A DNA stretch of 64,000 bases, taken from Eledone cirrhosa (Eukaryota). Every line of letters starts with the position of its first letter. The stretch's first letter is position 1. Under the pieces are notes generated by a model. It was not told the origin of the DNA. It did no database searches and saw only the letters and a program-made list of their open reading frames with translations. Location of the stretch: the NCBI GenBank assembly GCA_964016885.1, contig OZ024750.1, positions 14,322,001 through 14,386,000 on the forward strand. Direction: 5' to 3'. Positions 24,901 through 38,674 of this stretch are shown here, piece after piece. The position numbers and the translations under genes are program-made.

Positions 24901-27900
24901 AATTCACTAATATATGATATCAGTATACGGGTTAAAAATTACCAAACTGGAAGGTAGTATTGTAGATTGGGGTACTGGGCTGCGATACGTAATGTAGATA
25001 GTATCGTAGATTGAGGTGTTGGGCTGTGGAAAGTAGGGAAAAAATTGGGAAGTGGAATGAGCCAGGTTGGATTTGAGGTTCAGTGTAGCCGATTGACACG
25101 GTAGTGAATTGATGGTCATTTTTGCTTTTGTTTCCCCCTTTTTTTTCTCTTGCTCTAGTCATGTTTTGGTGCATTATATTTGTGAGATTTCTAGCAATAG
25201 TTAATTGTATTTGTTATATGTGTTTATATTTTCATTCTAATTTCCAAATCGTTTAAAAATAACCAAGAATTTAATTATAACAAACTTTCTCATTATAAGA
25301 TGATGTTTGGAACAAAGGTTTTTACTTAAAATTATGATAGAAGGTTTTAGATAAATAAACACTTTAACCCTGTAGCATTTAAATCAGCCGTACCTGGCCA
25401 GAATTCTCTCACCTCTTTCTGTTCAAACTGGCCATAACCGACCGCTCATACTGAAATTAAGGTATTGTTCTCAAAATAAATAATACCTAAATCTCATAGA
25501 TTCGATACTGTGTGAGATAATTATGTGAGGTAAAGCCTTTACCATAAAAATACAATAGTATATATAAAGTAATGTAAATGCTAAAGGGTTAAAATATAGA
25601 ATTTTGTATCATAGAAGCAAGGATGGTTTCAGCCAGTTTGGTATGAAAACATAAAAATTAATCTACTTACTAAATATTTTAAACCTTCTAGTATTTGTTT
25701 GGTATAAAAAACTATGGTGGGTTCAGCATCTTTAAGTGGACCCCATTTGGATCGCAGAAGCTGAGACAGACTGCCTAAAAGAGAAAATAAAATTGTCAAT
25801 AAGACAAAGACAAAGTCACATTTCAGCTATATTTGGGAATAGCTAGAAAATCTACTTAACATTGTAAAAGGAACTGCTGCAGAGGTGGTAGCCAATAGAA
25901 ATGATGCTTTCTGATTTAGGCAATAAGCCAACACATTTTTTTGAAGGGGAAAGTCCATTAAATTGACTTTATTCTATTGACCCTGTAAGGATGGAAGGCA
26001 AAGCTAACCGTGGCAGGATTTGAACTCAGACCAATAGAAATAATTGTTTCTACTTTTGGCACAAAGCCAGCAATTACCCAGTGCATTACTGCTACTTTAT
26101 TTTATCGACCCCGTAAGGATGAAAGGCAAAATTAACCTCGGCGGGATTTGAACTCAGATCCTAAAGGGAGGTAACTCTATGCTTCAAAGCATGGCGTCCG
26201 ACCCTCTAGATACTGCCAATCCACTCTGATTACTTAATTGGTCACAAAAGAAACAAAGACAAAGCATTTCTTTAAAATGAAATACAAATATACACACATG
26301 AAGCTTTCCAAACCAAGGGTTGAGAGGACCCTTTCAGTTGTGTCAAGAACATGACAACCTCCCTAGTGCTGGTGATAGGAAGGGTATCCAGCCGTAGAAA
26401 GCTTGCTATACAAAGGGTTAGGAGGACTCTTCAGTTGTGTCAAAGAGATAAAGAGATGACAACCTCTCTAGTGTTGGTGATCTACACAATAAATGGATCC
26501 AGTACATGATGTAATGTCGTTGGAGAAAGGAAGGGCCTCCAGCCATAGAAAGCTATATGTCCTTCAACATATAGACAATTCAACACAGATTTGACTCTTT
26601 AGCATTTAAACCGACCATATCTGGCCAGAATCCTCTCACCTCTTTCTGTTCAAACTGGCCATAACCGGCCGTTCATACCATCGTTGAGGTATTGTTCTCA
26701 AATAAATAATAACAAAATCTTGTAGATTCAATATTATGCGAGATAATTATGTGAGGTAAAGCCTTTAGCACGAATATACAATAATAAATGTAGAGTAATA
26801 CAAATGCTAAAGGGTAAAAAATAACTTTCACTATAATGACAGGTTGTTGTTGCTATTGAGAGAGAAATATAGTGAGAGAGAGCATCAAAATTGGTTACAA
26901 GAAAAAAAACTTCAGGTTGGAATTGTTGTTCATTACAATAGCAGAATGTGTAAAAGGAAATAGATTCACATTATAGAAACAGAAGAAAGACAATCATCAT
27001 CATCATCATCATCGTTTAACGCCTATCTTCCAAGCTAGCATGGGTTAGACGGGAGTTGTCCCACTTGAGGCAAAATTAGTCGGGTGACCGTGTCTCGCTC
27101 GTATAGGACTATCTGGCAGGTTTTCTATGGTTGTGGGACAATTCCCGTCTAACCCATGCTAGTGTGGAAGATAGACGTTAAACGATGATGATTCCTAAAG
27201 TAGCCATACCTCCAGGAACTTGCTCCATGAAAATCTTAAAAAAACCATCTTCACTAACAGAACCAAGGTATTTCACAATATTCTTGTGATTCAGATGGGA
27301 GTGCAACTTTATCTCTTCATGAAGTGGCTGTACTTCTCTGAAAGAACAAATTTAATAGTAGTAGTGATGGTAGTAGTGGTGGTGGTAATAGTGGTAGTAG
27401 TAGTAACAGTAGCGGTGGTAATAGTAGTGGTGGTGGTGGTAGTGGTAGTAGTTGTTATTAAGTGAGAAATACAGTGAGAGTGTGTGTGTATATGAAAGAC
27501 AGATAGGTAGAGAGAGTTGTCACCACACTAAGAGTTTTGATTGAAAATGCGGGAATTTCAAGTCCAAGTCTGTCAACATGTGTGTGTGTGTTTCTGTATG
27601 TCTAAAGGAAAACCAGGCTACAACTAGTAATTATTATAATGAGAGAGAAATAAATGCAGCAAACATAAAGGATGTTGCTGGAAATTATAAAAATCACTTT
27701 TGTGTTTTTCATTTCCAGAATGATATATCATGATTAGAAAATAGAGCCTCCTGCCTTCCATCACTCGTGAACACAGCCCCAAGATAATTGCACTTCTACA
27801 CTTGCTTCAGTGGAACTCCACTCACATAACGATACATCGTTATTGGAAAATAGAGAAAGAGTTAATAAAATTTTAGTCGATGCATGTATAGCATGTAAAA

Positions 27901-30900
27901 ACGAAACAGAAAATTAATAATAAAAAAATACAATGGCAGTGCCCCAGCATGGCCTCAGCCTGTTGGCTGAAACACGTAAAGGAGTAAAAGAGACCAAGTT
28001 AAAATTACAAGGAACATAATGTACTTACTCTAAATTCTTCTCTGGGACTTCTTTCACAGCTATTCTGACTTGAGTATTTTTGTTTCTAGCGGCGTAAACC
28101 ACACCAAATGAACCTCGACCAAGTACGATCTTGCGATTTTTTTCATCATATTCATACTGAAATGAGTTCATATACATATAATAATAATAATAATAATGAA
28201 ATTATTGTGTACAGTGCTCAGGTGCACTACAACTCATCAAAGGTGCATGTATAGTACATAGAATAATGTACAAATGTCAGGAAAATAAACAGTGTATGAG
28301 TCATGATATAATAACAATAACAATAATGAAATATTGTGCACAGTGCCCAGGTGCACCACAACCCATCAAAAAAGTGCATGTACAGTACATAGGGCAATGC
28401 ACAAACATCAGTAAAATGAACAGTGCACACATGTGTGCATGTGTATGGAAGGGGCACATCAGGTGTAGTTTTGGCGTATTTCGGGAAGCATGAGTGTCTT
28501 AAAGGATGCAGTGTCTCGGCAGCTAACAATTGATGCAGGCAGTTTGTTCCATGCTTCAGCAACTCTGAGCGTGAAAAAATGTCTGCGAAAGTCATGGGAG
28601 CTGTGCTGTTTTCTTATCTTGTAGGCATGTCCACGTGTGTTAGACACATGGAGATCAAAGAGGCGCTCAGGGTTGCAGTTGGCGAGATGGTTAAAATATA
28701 TATATATATATATTAGAGAGAGTGCTCATTAAATAAGAATGATATGAGTAAGAATGGTTTTCTGAAGAATAAATAAAGTACTCAATACATGAAATAGAAA
28801 ACATACTTCCAGCAGGTCTTCTCAAAAGCAACAAACGCCAATTGATCCAGCTGGATCCTCAAGTAAGACTAGCCGAGCTCATGGATGTTATCCAGCCACC
28901 AATACTTGGCGGTCTACCCCTGGGTCTCCTGCTGATTGTTTTTGCCCATAAAATCCATCCAGTAATTCTTTCATGAGACACTAATTCGGTATTCATGCCA
29001 ACCCTTACCTATGGTCATTAATCTTGGGTAATGACCGAAAGAATATGATCGCAAATACATGCAGCCAGTTCCACTGATTTATATTAATACCAAATGCTTT
29101 TCCTATCCATCTTTACACGACTTGAACACTGAGTTATTGTTTAACCCTTTAGCATTTACATTACTCTATATTTACTATTATATTTTAATGGTAAATACTT
29201 TATCTGATATAATTATCTGATATAATATCGAATCTACGAGGTTTTTATATCATTTTTTTTTAGAACAATACCTTAACATAAGTATGAGCAGCCAGTTATG
29301 GCTGGTTTGAACAGAAAGAAGTGAGAAAATTCTGGCCGGATGTGGCTAATTTAAATGCTAAAGGATTAAAGGTGGGGTTACCTCATAACAACCATCTGGT
29401 TCCTCAGCATCTGCGTCTTGATTTTCATTGTCCACCATTTCACACATTAAATGATAAAACCTGAAAAATAAGAAACCAGTAATATGAGAAAACACATAAC
29501 AAAATATAAACTATTAAATCAAACTATCTAACCCCATGGAAATTCCCAACACATATGTACACTACTTAATCACATATATACAATACAACAAAATATATCA
29601 AATAAATTGAACATATGACTGAAACTACTAAAAAGGAATATTTTACTCATAATTTTAAATTGAACAATAATTTTTGAACAGAGTAGGTTTCTAAAAAATA
29701 TTCAGCCCTACTACTGCCACTCTCTTTCTCTCACCCTCACACACACTCTCTTATTATCCCTTTCCACAGTCTACCCAAAGTTTTATAAAACAAGAGATAG
29801 TAATAAAAAGATTTACTCACCGGTTGGCTTGTACGGCAGATGAAAAATATATGTGAAAATCATCAGAATTTTGAACATACAAAAATATTGCACGTGAATC
29901 TCTTTTGTAGAGACTGAAAAGAAGAGATTACGATACTATTCATAATTGTACTTACAAAAGGTAATAAAGAAAGTACCAGTCAAGTACTGGGGAGGGGGGA
30001 GGGGTCGATTTTTCCTCTATTCTCTTTCTCACTTCTTTATCACTCTCACTTCTCTGAAAGAAATTAGCTATATTCAGATATGGAGAGGAGATGGGCTCAG
30101 ATAGGTTTTAAATGCCCTCAAAATGCTGTTTATCACTACGATGCCCCTACAACTTCATCAGGAGTTATGGGACCATACATACTTACAGATATAGATTCTA
30201 TACAACTTGAACTTAACTAAAACGTCAAATATTTTGTTTGTAATGATGAAAAAAAGAAAATAAGTATTTTCATATTATTTATTTTGAGAACAATACCTTA
30301 ACATCAGTACGAGGGGCTGGTTTGAACAGAAAGATGTGAGAGAATTCTGGCCGGATATGGCCGGTTTAAATGGCTAAAGGGTTAATGCAGTTCTCAGGAA
30401 GATTCAGCATGACACAGAATGTGATAAGGCTGGCACTTCGAATTGCAGGCACAACTCACTTTTGCCAGCTGAGTGGACTGGAGCAACGTGAAATAAAGGG
30501 TCTTGCTGAAGGACACAATGCATTGCCAGGAATCAAACTCACGGCCATACGATTGTGAGCTGAATACCCTCACCACCAAGCCACTCATAAGAGGTGATTA
30601 AAAGGCTTAGTTGATATTAGAAATACACTCATGAAAGGGTTAAATTGTTAAGACCAAAATAAATACTACACCTAATTTTCTTAATAGAATCCACTTCAAA
30701 AGTCCATTCACCACCCTGTTTACCATCTTGGTCCTTGATATTCCATAAATGCACATTCTAAAAGAAACAATAAAAAGCAAATTTATTCAGAAAACAATTT
30801 ATACAAAATTTATACAAATACACATTTTATTAAAAATATCAAATTAAGAAAAAATAACTACTGTTTTTGTTTACTTTCAGGTTGATCCTTTTAATAGAGA

Positions 30901-33369
30901 GACCTCCATGGATATATGATATAAAACTGCTCCTTTTAAAATATATAGACATGTGGTGATGACTGAACATGTGGTTTATAGATGTAGAGACATGTGGTGG
31001 TGGCTGAACATGTGGTTTATAGATGTAGGGACATGTGGTTGTGGTTTATAGATGCAGAGGCATGTGGTGATGACTGAACATGTGGGTTATAGAGGTAGAG
31101 ACATGTGGTTTGTGGATGTAGGGACATGTGGTGGTGACTGAACATGTGGTTTATAGATGTAGAGACATGTGGTGGTGGCTGAACATGTGGTTTATAGAGG
31201 TAGAGACATGTGGTGGTGGCTGAACATGTGGTTTATAGATGTAGGGACATGTGGTGATGACTGAACATGTGGTGGTGGAGGCAGTGATGATGGAGGCGGT
31301 GGTGTCAGTGGTGATAATGTTTATTACTGTAGAATTAGGTGCTGCTGGTGGTGATGGAGATGTTTGCTTTTAGTGGTTTTAGAAATAAAATGTCAGACAA
31401 ACCTTTCTTTCATCATTATTGTTAACTTGTATGTAGCTGGGTAGAAATACTCTCTTCGGTTCCAGGACTAAACACTACAATAAATACAAACACAATGACT
31501 ATTATTATTAATTACGTAAGGGTGGTGAATTGGCAGTATCAGTGGAGGGTCGGACATGCTTTCCAGCGTAGTTACGTCCCTTTACGATCTGGGTTCAAAT
31601 CCCACCAAGTTTAACTTAGCCTTTCATCCTTACGGGGTCGATAAAATAAAGTACCAGTAATGTACTGTGTAATTGCTGGCCTTGTGCCAAAAGTAGAAAC
31701 AATTATGAATTACGTATGACAGTGGTAAATTGTCAAAAATAGTGGAATACTGGACTAAATGCCTGACAGTGTTTAGTTATATTTATTTAAATTCTGAGTT
31801 CAAATTCTAGCAAAGTTAGCTTCGCCTTTCATCCTTACAGGGTCAATAAAATAAAGTACAAGTAACACCCTGGTGTTGACATAATCGACTTTCCCTTCCC
31901 CCAAAATTGTTAGCCTTATGCCTAAATTATTGTGAATATGTTAAAGGATATTGAACTAAATCCTGAACTTAAATATTTCTATGGTCATGTCAACAAGAAA
32001 CAGTCTTAAATAGTTCCACTGGAATAATGGACGTTAAATGGTGATGATGTTGATGAAAGGGTTCTTTTTTTCTAACTAAGCATAATTTATTAACTCTTTA
32101 GCATTTAAACTGGCCATATCCGGTCAGAATTCTCTCACCTCTTTCTGTTAAAACCAGCCATAAATGGCCCCTCATATTGATGTTAAGGTATTATTCTCAA
32201 AATAAATAATATAAAAATCTCATAGATTCGATATTATGTGAGATAAAGCCTTTACCATAAAAATATAATAGTTTATATAGAGTAATGTAAATGCTAAAGG
32301 GTTAAACATGAAGTTAAGACTTAAAATTTCAGAAATATTTCACAAAGTCACATAAAGTAATAACATACCGGAAACTGAACAAAAGTTACAATTTCTTCCA
32401 CAGCATCAACAAAAAATTCCATCCAAAAATGAAATAACTGAAAACAATAAAGCATAAGATATAAAGTAATTTAATTTCATTTCATGAAGGTCAAGATATT
32501 TCGTGTATGAGTGTAGCTTAGTGGTTAGAGAATTGGATTCACAATCATGAGGTTGCAAGTTTGATTCCCAAACTGGGTGATGCCTTATGTCCTTGAGCAA
32601 AACCATTTATTTCAAATTGTTCCTTCTGCCAGAAGTTGTGACTGGTAGATAGTATCAACAATAGAAAGACCAATGAAAACATTGTTTCCTTGGTCCGATT
32701 TTATGAGCTCCACCACACTCAGTAAGTGAATGTGATCTTGTCGATCAATTCCCTTGATATTTAAGAAAAACTGAGTTGAGGTGTTTATGTCCTTTTTAAT
32801 AAAAAACGTTGGTTATGTAAAAATTGTTCTTTTGGCAACATAACTTCAACATAAGAATTGTTGATTACTGAGTTTAATATTTACATTCAAATAAATACAG
32901 ACTGGAATAGGGGACATAATCGAGACCATCAAGAAGGGTTAACATAGATGGGCTGGCCACGTCTCTTGAATCAGAGACAACAGGTGGACTATTAAAGCCA
33001 CAGAGTGGACAGCAAGGCAGTGAAGAAGAACCAGAGGGCGACCAAAGGCAAGATGGCATGACAATCTGACCCAATACTTCAGCCTCACATGGCCCAATAT
33101 TGGCAGTGGAGGTCAACCTGGGAGGGGTTTCTCCAATAGGAGTGAGAAGGCCCTGGATTTTGGAAATACAGTACAAAAAAAAAGTTATAAATTTGTCAAT
33201 TTTGTGAAGTAAACTGAAAAAGATGTCACTAATTGTAGGTGCAAACAGTTAAAAACCTACCGTTGTTTCAGATTTTGAGTAATTACTTGGATCTGGTTCT
33301 GATTTCCGAAACTTGCTAATTAGCTTAATGTTACCAATAGTAGACTTCAGATACCTGCAGTAACGAGAT

Positions 33370-33409
<40 letters not shown>

Positions 33410-36400
33410 TAATAATAATAATGGTTTCTGATTTAGGCACAAGGCCAGTAATTTGGGGGAGGGGAAAGTCGATTAAATCAACCCCAGTACATTACTGGTG
33501 CTTTATTTTATCGACCCCCATGAGGATGAAAGGCAAAGTTAACCTTGGCAGGATTTGAACTCAGACTGTAAAGGGCCGTAACTGTATGCTGCAAAGCATG
33601 GTGTCCGACGCTCTACCGATACTGCCAATCCACCACCCTATCAACAATAATAATGGTTTCTGATTTAGACATAAGGCCAGCAACTTTTGTGTGTGTGTGG
33701 GGGGGGGGGGGGGGGGGGGGGGGGGTCAATTAAATTATGGGTTCAATTCCAGGACAGGGTTGTGTGCTGTGATCTTAAGCAAAACACTTCATTTCATGTT
33801 GCTCCAGTATACTCAGCTAAAAATGAGTACCAGCAATAACTGGGGGTTTAACCCAGTGATAGACTGGGGTTCTGTCCAAGGGAGAGTCATGTACTCTCAG
33901 TTGCTTCACGCCACAGAAACTGGGATAAGCACCGGCTTGCTGAGCATCCAGGCTTGTGACAGACTTTAGACTTTTTAAAAGGTAGTGCTAGTGGCCTTGT
34001 CTCTTATTGAAATGTTGTTTGTTGCCTTGAAAGTGGAGTTTCTGGCTTGTTTTTTTTTTTTTGTCAAGTTTCATTATATTTTTATTGCTGTTGTTGTCAC
34101 TAGACATACCAATGTTATGTTTGTGAGTGACAAAATTAGAAAATCTTGTCTGCCTATATTTCCCTAATATACAGTACAGTGGCATATTATCAATCAATGT
34201 TAGAAAATAAATCAAATATTCAAACCTTGGATAGACAGAATATCTTTTAAAAATAAGCCTTTAACATAAAAAAAAAATAAAATAAAAATAGGAAGAACAA
34301 TGTGGCATAAAAGAAAAAAAGATTTACCAATTTGGAGGATTCAGTCTAAACATACACATGGCTGCTTGACATACTTTGGCATAGTTTTCACAAAGTACAC
34401 TCATCTCAAAGAAGGTAGCTACATCCCAATAATCAGAGAGAGACTCAAAACCACCTTTCTGACCAATCAAGTGATTTAAAGTAAATCCTAGAAAGAAAAT
34501 ATTTGGATATCATTAACGATCTGAGTTCAAATCCTGCCGAGGTTGACTTTGCCTTTCATCCTTACGGGGTCGATAAAATAAAGTACCAGTAGTGTACTGG
34601 GTAATTGCTGGCCTTGTGCCAAAAAGTAGAAACAATTATTATAAATAATGGTCTCTGATATAGGCATAAGGCCAACAATTTTAAGGAGGGGAAAGTTAAT
34701 TAACTCTTTAGCATTTAAACCGGCTATATCCAGTCACAATTTTCTCACCTTTCTGTTCAAACTGGCTGTAACCAGCCACTAATACTGATGTTAAGGTATG
34801 GTTCTCAAAATAAATAATATCAAAATCTCATAGATTCGATATTATGTGAGATAATTATGAGAGGTAAAGTCTTTACCCTGAAAATATAATAGTAAATATA
34901 GAGTAATCATCATCATCATCATCATCATCATCACCGTTTTACGTCCGTTCTTCCACGCTAGCATGGGTTAGACGGGTTGTCCTGTTGTGGGCAGTGTCTG
35001 GTCGGCTGACCATGCCTTGCTCATACAGGAACTGATCTGGCTTGATTTCTACAGCTGGATGCCCTTCCTAACACCAACCTCATTTACAGTGAGTGCTGTA
35101 AATACTAAAGGGTTAAATCAACCCAAGTATATTACTGGTACTTTATTTTATTGACCCTGTAAGGATGAAAGGCAAAGCTAGCCTTGGTGGGAATTGAACT
35201 CATTGAACCAATAATGGTACCAAAATAATGGTAATTATTAAGATCATGTCACCACTCAAAGTGGCAGTAGTAGTAGTATATGAAATCTATAGGTATGTAG
35301 CAGACAAAGATGATCAGAAATAACATTATTTTTACCTATTTTCTTGAGTTCTTGGCTTGTTTCCATTGTTTCACCTGATATCACAAGTAAAGTTGATAAA
35401 TTTATCCCAGCATATTCATTGGGATGAACTTCAAAACCTTTCCTATACCTGCAATAGTAAAACATGAATTATTTTTCAGTTTCTATTTTGTTTGGTATTT
35501 AAACAGAGAACTAGATAACTGAAACTACAAGCCTTTAGTTTTCTTATCCTAAATTTAAAAATTACAGGCCTTTTTTCATCAAAGCAAAGAAGTTTTTTTT
35601 TTTAAATAGGAAATTTTACTTATTTAGGTGAAAAGATTTTGTTAATTTGTAAGTTATGTTCCAAACATCAATTTAATATTGGGGAAATTAGTTATATTAC
35701 TAAATCCATCCAAAACATTTGATTATTTTAAAAAGGATTTGAAAATTATAAACAGTATATTTTTTTAGAAATATTGTAGCAGAAGGGTTAATTAACATAA
35801 AATATGCACCTTTTATATATTCTGGACAACAGCTAGATATTCAAACTCGTTCAATAATTAAATCATAAAAGGATCTGGCTGAATGAAAATATGGTAAACT
35901 GAACAACCCCTAGATATTCTAACTCAAGCAACTAGATGAAAGTATGGCAGACTTACCATTGAATAGCTTGTTCCAATGATTTCTTATCTGTATACTCAGA
36001 CTGAACAAATTTATCTTTGAATATACGACCACATAAACATAACATATCAGATACCGGTGGGTTGCTTTGTTCAATTGCCTAATGAAAATATAAAAAAATA
36101 GAGAAAAAAGATGAAAACAGCAGCATACTTCAGATATTATTTCAAATTTAATATGGCACAGAGATTATTTTGGATATCAATTATGTTAGAGATAATGATG
36201 GTTATCACAAAATAGTGATAAGAAATTCTCAGGGGAGCTGGACAGCAGAAGGTCTTCAGAGAAGAAACCTCCCTCAAGCAAGTGTTTTGGCCTTTACTCA
36301 ACCGAGATAATTGTGAATATCATTTATACTGCAGAAATATTTATTTCTGAGTTGTCTAAAGTGGTTGGACTTCCAGCAATTCTTTATATCATTGAACACT

Positions 36401-38640
36401 TTCCAGACAAGGTCTCAATAAGTTGTTTAAAGAGGTTGCAGTTCCAGCTATTCATCAAATCATTGAGCATTTTCCAAGCAAGGCCTCAATGCTCTCTGAT
36501 GTAACTTTTCAAGCTTGCTATAAATGAAATTAAGATGCAGCTTCATATTAATTTAGGAATGACATTTGATGAATATGATATATATTAAGAGAGCAGAATA
36601 CTTAACAAACAAGATTGCTGGCAGTGATGATTTACACTTCAATATTGGCACAATCGAGACACAAGAGTTAAGGGTAGGAAGAAGCAACTAGAAATAGCAT
36701 AAATTTACCTGCTGAATAACTTTCAAAGCTTTATCACTGTCACCTTTCTTATCACGTCTAAACAATTGAGAAAAAAAAGGCAGAAAAGTGTTATAAAACA
36801 TTCACAAATATTCATTTATTCATTTCTTAAATTATTTTGTAAGAAAATAATCTTAGTCAACCTGTCGGAGCTGTTCTGTTAGAGAACAGGTCGCAGGTGG
36901 CAGATGGTGAAACGGCCACCAGATATGATGGTTAGTTGAGATATAATCGGGCAACTCACAACTAGTTTACTGCAAATTTGCCCAAGAATTTGCCCACTAA
37001 AATGTTTGAATTACATTTTAAAATATTTTCTGCTGAATAACTACAAGATGTTAAGAGTTAAATTCCAAGAATGTTTATTTAATCATTAAAATATACCTGT
37101 TTAATGCAAAAGCATAAAGATGTTGGATATTGGCCATAGTTGTGATACGGTTATTTGGGACTTGTTCAAGATCTTCCACTAACTTCACCATTGCATTGTA
37201 GTCCTAGAAAAGAGAATATGATTAATTCATATATTTTACCGATTTCATATAGTATTTTAGAAAATATTTCTTGTAGCATTCTATGTTTATCTAAGCATAC
37301 TATGCTTGTACTACTATTTATTTAAACGTCTGTTTAGAGCTAATAAACCATGACAGTCTAAGGGAAGTATCTAGTACTTCTTACAGTTGAGAAACAAAAA
37401 ATAATATATACAGAGATAAATGAGTATAAAAATAGAAACAAATTTTTAAAAAAAATTAATTGTCCACTTTACTATTCCCCCACCAAGTCACTCCCCTTCT
37501 CCCAGGAGCTCTGCTCCAGTCACCTTTTTAATAGTTTTTACATTAAAAGAACAGATATTTTCAAACAAATTCAAGACAACTTTATCATGGATAGTTTGAC
37601 AAAAGATAAAAATAGGAGAAAAATATAAAATCAATCAAACCTGAATGTCTCGATATGATATCAGCATATTCCAAATAATCTCTGGAGATAACAACTGAGG
37701 ATCGTCCAGGCGCATCTGAAACCTACGCAATGCCTAGAAAATATAAATAGTTGTATGGAGAAAAGGTTATGGAAAAATCATGATCATTTTAAGCTCAAGA
37801 AAGTACTTTAAACAAGGCAGACATCCTCTCCTCCACATCATCATCGTCACTGTTTAATGTCCATTTTCCATTCTTGCATGGGTTAGTCAGGCTGTTACAT
37901 TCTTATATGTTGTGCTGTGCAATAGAGAAGACTGCATTGGTTCGGACATGTGATGTGCATGGATGATGATTACTGGGTGAAGAAGTGCCAGAAAATCTCA
38001 GTGAAAGGAATACCAAGAAAGACCTGCTGGGCAGAAGTGCTGAGATGGATCCATCCAACCCATGCAAGCGTGGAAACATCATCATCATCACTGTTTTACG
38101 TCCATTCTTCCACGCTAACATGGCTTAGACGAGTTGTCCTGTTGTGTGGGCAATGCCAGGTCAGGTGACCTTGTCTTGCCCATATGGAACTGATTTTGGC
38201 TTGATTTCTACAGCTGGACGCCCTTCCTAACACCAACCTCATTTACAGTGAGTACTGGGTACTTTTTTTCTGTGGCGCCTACACGACCACTCTACAGTGT
38301 GGACTGGGTGCTTTTTTGTCGTGGCACCTACATGACCATTTTACAGTGGCAGGGGGTGGGGGCATACTGTCTATATGCTTCAGCTGTGGCTTGTACCCAT
38401 GGGAAGTCACATGAGCATAAAAACGATGTTGATGATGCAGTCGGGGAGTTCCAGAGTGCATCAGTTATGGAGATATAAGGATTTTGATGGGAGATGTGTA
38501 TTCTTGAAAGCCTTATATATTGAACAAAATGGCAAAAAGACAAAACAAATAAAAATGAGATACCTCAGACAGTTCTTTTCCTTGATAGGTGTTACGAGTC
38601 TTCTTCAAGTCTTTCAGAAAATTCTCTTTCAGATGTGTTC

Positions 38641-38674
<34 letters not shown>

